A stretch of 64,000 nt of DNA from assembly GCA_049793195.1 (NCBI GenBank), contig JBARBP010000167.1, positions 1,576 through 65,575 of the forward strand, in the 5' to 3' direction. The notes under the pieces were generated by a model. That model worked only from the letters and a program-made list of their open reading frames with translations. It had not been told where the DNA came from and searched no databases. This document shows positions 36,841-43,761 of this stretch, piece by piece (position 1 is the first letter of the stretch; each line of letters starts with the position of its first letter). Made by a program: the position numbers and the translations under genes. The DNA is from Terracidiphilus sp. (lineage in GTDB: Bacteria > Acidobacteriota > Terriglobia > Terriglobales > Acidobacteriaceae).

Positions 36841-39044
36841 TGCCGCGCGTATCCATCCTCATTCCGGCCTACAACGCAGAAGAGACCATCCTTCGCGCCC
36901 TTGACTGCGCTCAGGCACAAACCCTCAACGACATCGAAATCGTCGTGATTGACGATGCGTCGACCGATTCCACAGTGGACTTGGTGATGAGCCGCGCCCT
37001 GACCGATCCGCGCATTCAATTGCACCGGCTCAAAACAAACTCTGGCCCGGCCGCGGCGCGAAATATCGGCATCGCCTCGGCAAACGGCGAGTGGATCGCC
37101 TTGCTCGACGCGGACGACACCATGTCCGCCGACCGGCTCGAGCGGCTCCTCGATACCTCCGCTTCTGAAGACTCCCTCGTCGCTGATAATCTGCAACTCT
37201 TCGATTGCCTTGCCGGCCGCATCGTCAAGCTCGCCATCGATCCGGCGCTCCTCGGCGCCGGTCTTCGCCTCGACGTGGAAGGCTACGCTGCGCGATGCAA
37301 AACCAACCAGCCCGATGCCGTGGATTTTGGCCTCCTCAAACCGCTCATCCGCACCGCGCATATTCGCCGGCATCGTATCGCCTACGACGAAAACTTGCGC
37401 TATGGAGAGGACTTTCGCTTCTATCTCGACGTTCTGCTGGCCGGTGGCAGCCTGCTTATTCTCCCGCAGGCCTACTACCAATACACTGAGCGTGTCGGTT
37501 CACTCTCGAAAATGCGGTCTGGCTTGAGCAAGACCATCGTGAGATTCGATCGGCTTGAAACACAAACCAGAGATCTTGCCCGGGCGCCGCGCTACGCACG
37601 AGTTGCAGATCATCTCCAGCAGCGTGCCGATGCAATTCGAAAACACTCAAAGGTGATCTCGTTCCGCGAGTGCTCCACTCTTTGCAAGCTCGTCACGCTC
37701 CCCCTCACACTCGCAGATCCGGATTTGCGCTCCCATATCGAGTCTCAAGTCCAAACCCGCCTCGCCAGTGTGCGGTCTTCAAAATGGATGAACAGCACGC
37801 TGTTCAAGGACTCCTCCAACCTTTGCCTCGGGCAAGGAATAAAACTCGCGCTCCAGGGAGTCTACTTTCTCTGTATCGCTCGCTCGCTGGGACCCGCGCA
37901 ATATGGCGCGTTTGTCGCAGTAACTGCGATGACCAATATCGTTACGCCCTATGTGGGTCTGGGTTGTGGAAACCTGTTCCTCAAGAATGTGCGCTCCGGC
38001 AAACGAGAAGCGCCTCTCTGCTGGGGCAACGGGCTGCTTGCCACTTTAATCACGGGCCTGCTCACAACGGCCGCGCTGTGTGGCCTCTCTCATCTCTGGT
38101 CGCCCAGCATTCCCCTTGCGCTCATTGCTGCAATCTGCGTCGCTGACCTGATCCCGACGCGCATCATCGACCTCGCATCGTTCGGCTTTGCGGCATCGGG
38201 CAAGATGAGCAAGACCGCGGTTCAGAACACAACCATGAGTGTTCTCCGCGTCATCGGAATTCTGTTCCTCATTCTCTGCTGTCGCCATGTCACCGTAGCC
38301 CTGTGGGCCTGGACCTATCTTGTTACGGCCATTGTCGGAAGTCTGTTCGCTCTTCAGCAGGGAAACGCACTATGGGGCCTGCCCCATTTCTCCCTCAGCG
38401 CGCTGTGGGATGACACCCGCGAAGGCAGCTTCTTCTCCATCAGCACCTCGGCGCAAACCATATACAACGACATCGACAAGACGATGCTCGCGCGCCTCTC
38501 CACTTTATCCGCCACCGGCGTCTACGCTGCCGCTTATCGCATCATCGATACCAGCCTCACGCCTGTGCGATCCCTCGTATCGGCTGCCTACCCTGAGTTC
38601 TTTCGCGTAGGCGCGGAAGGCATGGAAGCCAGCTTCGCCTATGCAAAGCGCCTCATTCGCAAGGCTGTCATCTTTGGGATCGTGGATTGCGTCGCCCTCA
38701 TCCTCATTGCTCCGCTTCTGCCTCACATTCTGGGAGCCAGTTATGCCAGCGTAGCGCCTGCAATCAAGTGGCTCGCTCTCATCCCCGTCATGCGCTGCGT
38801 TCACTGGTTTTGTGCCGACTCCCTCTCCGGGGCAAATGCGCAGATCTTGCGAACCGGCATTCAAGTAGGAGTCGCTCTACTTAACATCGGCTTGAATCTT
38901 CTCGTGCTCCCTCGATGGTCGTGGGTTGGTGCCGCATGGACCAGCCTGGCCTCCGATGCCGCCCTGATGATCGCAGTCTATCTCGCCGTGCAATGGAAAC
39001 TTTCCGCCGGAACTATTCGGGAGGTTGCGCATGCAACTGAATAA
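36840..39044 (+). CDS. fusion protein: N-terminal GT2 glycosyltransferase + C-terminal Wzx-type oligosaccharide flippase (MOP superfamily)
   Basis: GTG 36840 has GGAGG 7 nt upstream (36828-36832) and overlaps the Wzy stop (TAGTG). VSILIPAYNAEE...VVIDDASTD...LLDADD (GT2). From about 37788, LFKDSSNLCLGQGIKLALQGVYFLCIARSLGPAQYGAFVAV... and about 12 TM segments (flippase). No stop codon between the two parts. The 5' 726 nt of the 976-aa track ORF overlaps wzy and was discarded. Confidence 0.75.
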   Translation: MPRVSILIPAYNAEETILRALDCAQAQTLNDIEIVVIDDASTDSTVDLVMSRALTDPRIQLHRLKTNSGPAAARNIGIASANGEWIALLDADDTMSADRLERLLDTSASEDSLVADNLQLFDCLAGRIVKLAIDPALLGAGLRLDVEGYAARCKTNQPDAVDFGLLKPLIRTAHIRRHRIAYDENLRYGEDFRFYLDVLLAGGSLLILPQAYYQYTERVGSLSKMRSGLSKTIVRFDRLETQTRDLARAPRYARVADHLQQRADAIRKHSKVISFRECSTLCKLVTLPLTLADPDLRSHIESQVQTRLASVRSSKWMNSTLFKDSSNLCLGQGIKLALQGVYFLCIARSLGPAQYGAFVAVTAMTNIVTPYVGLGCGNLFLKNVRSGKREAPLCWGNGLLATLITGLLTTAALCGLSHLWSPSIPLALIAAICVADLIPTRIIDLASFGFAASGKMSKTAVQNTTMSVLRVIGILFLILCCRHVTVALWAWTYLVTAIVGSLFALQQGNALWGLPHFSLSALWDDTREGSFFSISTSAQTIYNDIDKTMLARLSTLSATGVYAAAYRIIDTSLTPVRSLVSAAYPEFFRVGAEGMEASFAYAKRLIRKAVIFGIVDCVALILIAPLLPHILGASYASVAPAIKWLALIPVMRCVHWFCADSLSGANAQILRTGIQVGVALLNIGLNLLVLPRWSWVGAAWTSLASDAALMIAVYLAVQWKLSAGTIREVAHATE

Positions 39045-39136
39045 AACACCGCTTCCCTTCCGCCTGGCATGCACCAAAAACGATGTTTCGCCGTCCGTTC
39101 ATCCGGTTCGCCGCTCTTTCTGGGAGTAATCACTCT

Positions 39137-40336
39137 ATGAACACCGCGCTCATATTTCGCGAACGCCTTCTCGCACCGAGCGAGACGTTCATCACCGATC
39201 AGGCCAAGCGCCTGCGTCGCTACCGTCCTGTCCTGGTCGGTTTGCGCCGCACCCGTCCCAGCCTCCACTATTCGCAGCCCGAATTCCTGCTTCGCAATGG
39301 CGACGGCTTCGTCGATAAACTCGCCGCAAATCTTTATCGCAAGCTCCCCATGGAAACCAATTTCATCCGCCGCTTGCGGGCCATAAACCCTTCCATCATT
39401 CACGCCCATTTTGCCGTCGATGCCGTTCAAGCCCTGCCCATCGCCAGGAAGCTCGAGATCCCTCTCGTGGTTTCTCTCCATGGCTTCGATGTCACCTCGA
39501 ACGATCGCGCTCTTCGCGTCAGTTTTGCCGGCCGCCATTACTTGCGAAACAGGGATCGCCTGTTTGAGCAGGCCACGGCATTTATCTGCGTCTCCCGATT
39601 CATTAGGAACGCAGCCCTGCAGGCTGGCTTTCCTGAATCCAAACTACGCGTCCACTACACGGGAATCGATTGTGAACGGTTTCGTGCTGTCCACGTACAG
39701 CGCGACCCCAAGCTGATTTTGTTTGTGGGCCGCCTCGTGGAGAAGAAAGGTTGTGAATACCTTCTTCGCGCCATGGCTCTCGTGCAACAGCACGATCCTG
39801 ATGTTCATCTGGAGATCGTTGGCGATGGACCGCTGCGGTCCAGGCTTGAAGCGCTTGCCGCTGCGCTTTCCATTCGTGTCTCGTTCCGCGGCGTGCAGAA
39901 TCCGGTCGAAGTTGCGCGCAGCATGGCGCGCGCTCGCATCCTGTGTAATCCCAGCATCACCGCCTCATCCGGCGATAAGGAAGGATTCGGCATGGTCTTC
40001 GCGGAAGCGCAGGCAGTGGGCACTCCACCAGTGAGTTTCTCCCATGCCGCCATTCCTGAGGTCGTCAAGCATCGGCAAACGGGCCTGCTTTGCGCTGAAG
40101 GAGATGTCACCGCGCTTGCCGGTTCCCTGCGCACACTTCTCGATGATTCCGAACTCTGGACATCCATGAATCGGCAGGGCCCCGCTTGGGTCAAGGAGCG
40201 GTTCGATATTGAGAGGCAGACTGAAAATCTAGAACTGCTTTATGACAACTGCGTGGCGCACCATCGCAATGCCGGGTCGCTGCGCTCGGAATCAAGCGAC
40301 AATCGCGTCGCGAGTCAAGCTGCCTTCCAATCCTAG
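39137..40336 (+). CDS. glycosyltransferase family 4 (GT-B fold)
   Basis: IIHAHFA...VVSLHGFD...LFVGRLVEKKGCEYLLRA...GFGMVFAEAQAVGTPPVS (E-x7-E region). ATG 39137 with GGGAG upstream. ATG 39083 is an alternative. Confidence 0.85.
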   Translation: MNTALIFRERLLAPSETFITDQAKRLRRYRPVLVGLRRTRPSLHYSQPEFLLRNGDGFVDKLAANLYRKLPMETNFIRRLRAINPSIIHAHFAVDAVQALPIARKLEIPLVVSLHGFDVTSNDRALRVSFAGRHYLRNRDRLFEQATAFICVSRFIRNAALQAGFPESKLRVHYTGIDCERFRAVHVQRDPKLILFVGRLVEKKGCEYLLRAMALVQQHDPDVHLEIVGDGPLRSRLEALAAALSIRVSFRGVQNPVEVARSMARARILCNPSITASSGDKEGFGMVFAEAQAVGTPPVSFSHAAIPEVVKHRQTGLLCAEGDVTALAGSLRTLLDDSELWTSMNRQGPAWVKERFDIERQTENLELLYDNCVAHHRNAGSLRSESSDNRVASQAAFQS

Positions 40337-40353
40337 TGCATTCACCGCAACAA

Positions 40354-41001
40354 TCAGGCCAGCCCAGGATACGCATTCAGAAAGCACTCCACCGCAGTTC
40401 TGACATGAACCTGAACCGACTTTGTGTTCCACATATCCAGCATCCCGATCGAAGCAGTCAACTGGGGTAGATGCGTGACCAGGCCCACAAACTGTTTTGC
40501 AGCCAGATTGGTATCGTAGCGCCTGCTGGCCCGTCCATTCCCCTTCGCCAGGTATCTGGAGCAAAACTGAGCGATCGTTCGGCTTCGCCGGGTATACCAA
40601 TTCTCGAAGTAGGTCGCACCCAGTGCAGGTTCTTCGACGCTCTCCGATGACACAAGCCGGAACACAAACCCCGACGAAGGCGACAAGATCTCGCCAACCA
40701 GGGTCAGACCGATGATCTCCAGCGTCTCCTTGTGGGATGAAGGGGCTCGTTGGCTGTCTGAAATCACGCGTCGAAGGTTTTCGTCGCCTGCCTGCAACAC
40801 CATATTGATGGCGGCTGTCAGAATTGCATGTTTATCGGGAAACGCAGCGTAGATATCGCGCTTTGAGACATGCGCGTGACGAGCAATCTCTTCGGTGGTC
40901 GCGTCCCCAAATGACGATTTTGAGAACACTACGAGGGCCGCAATCACGATCCTGGATTGCCGGTCCTCGCCCAACAGTTGTTTCGGGCCCGGTAAAATCA
41001 T
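40354..41001 (-). CDS. TetR/AcrR-family transcriptional regulator
   Basis: IVIAALVVFSKSSFGDATTEEIARHAHVSKRDIYAAFPDKHAIL is the TetR N-terminal HTH. About 215 aa. Confidence 0.85.
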   Translation of the reverse strand: MILPGPKQLLGEDRQSRIVIAALVVFSKSSFGDATTEEIARHAHVSKRDIYAAFPDKHAILTAAINMVLQAGDENLRRVISDSQRAPSSHKETLEIIGLTLVGEILSPSSGFVFRLVSSESVEEPALGATYFENWYTRRSRTIAQFCSRYLAKGNGRASRRYDTNLAAKQFVGLVTHLPQLTASIGMLDMWNTKSVQVHVRTAVECFLNAYPGLA

Positions 41002-41060
41002 ATTGTTTTCAACTCGTTCTTGCCTTGCTCAACAACACATAGACGTACTTCGGGGAAAGG

Positions 41061-41096
41061 TGATGCAAATTTGCTATCAAGTTTGATGCCAATTTG
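41061..41096. promoter_or_regulatory. candidate TetR operator: direct repeat with embedded palindrome
   Basis: TGATGCAAATTTG (41061-41073) and TGATGCCAATTTG (41084-41096), 23-nt register. Perfect palindrome GCAAATTTGC at 41065-41074. Located 60-95 nt upstream of the tetR start. Confidence 0.3.
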
Positions 41097-41454
41097 GAGT
41101 CAATTATATAGGGAATACTTCAACCGAGACTTTGGGGGGCGCTGGTGCTGTTAACTCCGCGTGTTCGAAACTGCTGTCAATCGGCGTGCATCGCTCGTTT
41201 GTCTCTCATTACAAATAGCTTGCCAAGCCACGCAGACCGGTTCGCATCGCTCTTGCCAATCATGAGTCACACGGAAGTTGCAGCGGGCTTGACACTTCGG
41301 ACTAAATCTCGATTACCGCCAGTGTTTCGTATCGAGTCAATCCTCATAACTATTTGTGTATCAAATATATACAGTGGTCAAAAAATGGCTCAGCGGCGCT
41401 TTTGCACTCAATTCCCTTAATTTTCGCTACATAAAACGCGGGTACACTGTTCTC

Positions 41455-41895
41455 ATGCGGAAAGCCTCTGGGGATTCTAAAAGAGACTCAGGCACATCTC
41501 TTCTCGTGGTGGGAAAATTCGCGACGGCACGTACGTCTCTGCCGGCCAGATGCGAATTCTCCGCGACGCCATGCCGCGATGCAAGGGATGCGCTCAAGAT
41601 GCTAGGCCAAGGCCGGCATCAGGCCGTCCTCTGCGATCTTGAGATGCCAGGTTTGGATGGGATGGGGCTTTTGTATAACGTTTGTGCGGATTTTCCAGAC
41701 GTCGCAGTCGTCGTGATCACCCCGCCTGGAAAGCTGCGCAACGGAGTATTGGCGATGCTCGCAGGAGCATCGGGTTATATTCAAACTCCCCTTCAACCCG
41801 GCGTTGTCGTTGCCAGCCTGCGCAGCGCGCTGAAAAGGAAGCAGCTCAACTCTGCAATGAGTAGGTTTGAACTCTCATCGTCCAGATGTGCCTGA
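41455..41895 (+). CDS. stand-alone response-regulator receiver domain, degenerate (pseudo-receiver)
   Basis: LLVVGKFATAR...AVLCDLEMPGLDG...AVVVITPPG...GASGYIQTPL aligns by eye to CheY. The D57 and T87 equivalents are kept. D12/D13 become GK and K109 becomes T. No output domain. Start uncertain (ORF open from 41356). Confidence 0.7.
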   Translation: MRKASGDSKRDSGTSLLVVGKFATARTSLPARCEFSATPCRDARDALKMLGQGRHQAVLCDLEMPGLDGMGLLYNVCADFPDVAVVVITPPGKLRNGVLAMLAGASGYIQTPLQPGVVVASLRSALKRKQLNSAMSRFELSSSRCA

Positions 41896-41947
41896 CCTGC
41901 CTCTCGTCCAAAACTCCACCTGCTCAACTTTCCTTGCCGCCGATCGT

Positions 41948-42157
41948 CATCCCACCTTCACCTGGCGGGTTTGGACCACATCCGAACATTCAATGAATGC
42001 GCATCATCGCCGCTTTTCGTTTTATTCGTCGGCATACATCCCGACATTTCATATAAAGATCCGCATTCATCCCCACGTTGCACATAAAACGTCGACATAG
42101 ATCCCGACATTTCCCACAAAAAGTCCGCTTACATCCCAACGTTTCTTTCCACAAACC
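41948..42157. repeat. degenerate tandem array, about 31-32-bp period, 7 copies of a CATCCCGACATTTC-like core
   Basis: Cores at 41948, 41979, 42005, 42037, 42068, 42100 and 42132 (spacings 31, 26, 32, 31, 32, 32). The last four units also share ACAWAAA..TCCG flanks. Confidence 0.75.
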
Positions 42158-42805
42158 GCGGCTTGTCCAGAATCTCAACCTGAAAGGCTAGAAAACTCGA
42201 ACCTTTTGTCTGCTTGCAAGCGTAGTTTCGCTCGCCTGCCGCGCGCTCGTCTGCCAAAATCGACCGGCGCCAATACGAAGCGGGGACCGCAGGGTTCTGA
42301 ACAAGCAACTCGAGACCTGGTCATTTGGAGAAAAAGGGAAGCCAGGTATCGGCGCATCTCTTCATACTTCGCTGAGAAATTCTATGCAGTGATGGGCGCG
42401 GGCTTCAGTCCGTACATTAGTCCTGCACGAACAATCGGGGCTTCATCCTCAGACAGAATTCCGCTCCCTGCCGATTTGCATAAAATTATCCCGTTTGCGC
42501 GCACAATCGAATTAGGGCGAAATTTATGAAGAGCATCCCTGCACAAATCGTGGCGCTTTGCGCGTACCTGGGAGGCCGGGTGCGAAACAGAATCGTCTCG
42601 CGTCGCCTGGCAACGCGCGCTTCGGCAATTCAAACGCGCCTTCTCCCGCTGAAAACTCTGCCGCAATGCCGACTTTCTGCCTCCAAAGCTCAGCCCGGAA
42701 GCCTGCATTCTTCAGCAAGTTCTCAAAAAAATCGCGCCTGTGAAACTGTGAAGATGAAATGTTCGAGTGGGGCACGGCGTCAGCCGCGCCCCAAAGCGAA
42801 ACCGA

Positions 42806-43333
42806 TCAGTGCGTGCCTCTGCTCGCTACTTGTTCAGCGCTCTTCGTCGCGTCTTGTTGTTCCGTGTCGTTCGACGCGACTCGCGGATCCGCATTGCTGG
42901 CATTCAACCGGTCTTCCGGACCCAAAGCAACTTCCTTCTCCGAAACGATCCTGTAATCCGTCTCGAAGTCCTTGTTCAGCATGCTGTGCGGAAATGAAAT
43001 GCTGTCAGACTGCAAATGTGCAAAGTAAACATTACCCGCATGGAATCGAGCGCAGATGTTGTCACGATGTGGACGAGGCAGATCGTACATTAGCTCATTA
43101 CATGTGATGACAAACTCTGTCTTCGTAGCACCGCGTTGGGCGTCCGCGTACGCGTCAACCGTATACTTCATCGCGCTGCACGATCCGCTCCTGCAGGCAA
43201 CGGCGCCATGAGAACGCTCCACTGAAGTCACATGAAGGAGAATCGCCTTCGACCTGAATTGTTGTGTCTGCGCACTCAGCACAGACGAACCGAAGGCAAT
43301 CATCACAAACGCAAGAGTAAAAATTTTGGACAT
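42806..43333 (-). CDS. hypothetical secreted protein (no family recognised)
   Basis: Sec signal MSKIFTLAFVMIAFGSSVLSA-QT. Five Cys. Acidic, probably disordered C-terminal tail. RBS GGAGAG 7 nt upstream of the ATG. Confidence 0.6.
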   Translation of the reverse strand: MSKIFTLAFVMIAFGSSVLSAQTQQFRSKAILLHVTSVERSHGAVACRSGSCSAMKYTVDAYADAQRGATKTEFVITCNELMYDLPRPHRDNICARFHAGNVYFAHLQSDSISFPHSMLNKDFETDYRIVSEKEVALGPEDRLNASNADPRVASNDTEQQDATKSAEQVASRGTH

Positions 43334-43641
43334 AGCTGTCTCTCCTTGTCTCGGGGGAGGAAATCAGCATACTACACGTTTACTATTGGTACCAATCTAG
43401 TACACCCCTTCTTTTCATCGTGTTGAGTCACATCGATGGGCCAATACAAATGCCGGGGAATTTATCGCGAGCTTACGATTTGAAACGCATCATCAGCGAA
43501 GAAATAACGACAATGCGAGTAACTCTTTTGTAAGTTCTCCGCGAATGTCCGATAATCAGGCGACAGTAAAGTTACTTATGTTGTAGTAGTAACTAGCTGG
43601 TATTTCGCATTCGCGTGTGATCTTTTCATGCGGTCAATAGC

Positions 43642-43664
43642 AATAAATAAATAAATAAATAAAA
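43642..43664. repeat. tetranucleotide microsatellite (AAAT)5
   Basis: aataaataaataaataaataaaa read directly, inside an AT-rich intergenic stretch. Confidence 0.9.
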
Positions 43665-43702
43665 GTTGAACCTGCGTCATCTGAAGCACTCAATTGAAGC
43701 TC

Positions 43703-43750
43703 GGGAGAAGAGCCGCTGTCATGTCCCCCGACAAACAGCGGCCCTCTCCC
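43703..43750 (-). terminator. long imperfect hairpin immediately downstream of htrA (candidate terminator)
   Basis: GGGAGA-AGA-GCCGCTGT ... ACAGCGGC-CC-TCTCCC (6 + 8 bp arms, 15-nt loop), 12 nt past the htrA stop. The T-rich tract (the microsatellite on the minus strand) lies only about 40 nt further on. Confidence 0.4.
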
Positions 43751-43761
43751 TGCGGAATATC

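Noticed and set aside
41948-42157. Repeat array considered as a CRISPR array
   Set aside because: The period is only about 31-32 bp. The repeats are degenerate and contiguous with no unique spacers, and no cas genes are in the window.
41990-42178. 62-aa Cys/Arg/Lys-rich ORF (minus strand) that looks like a defensin- or bacteriocin-like peptide
   Set aside because: Its apparent internal repeats come from the 31-32-bp DNA repeat read in shifting frames (the period is not a multiple of 3). It has no SD and no signal or leader peptide.
42524-42775. 83-aa ORF (minus strand) with FHRRDFFENLLKNAGF, reminiscent of tyrosine-recombinase box II
   Set aside because: The HxxR spacing is wrong. There is no LGH...Y segment downstream, the GTG start has a weak RBS, and joining it to neighbouring frames gives nothing recognisable. 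A tblastn/HMM check for a decayed integrase would be needed to revive the idea.
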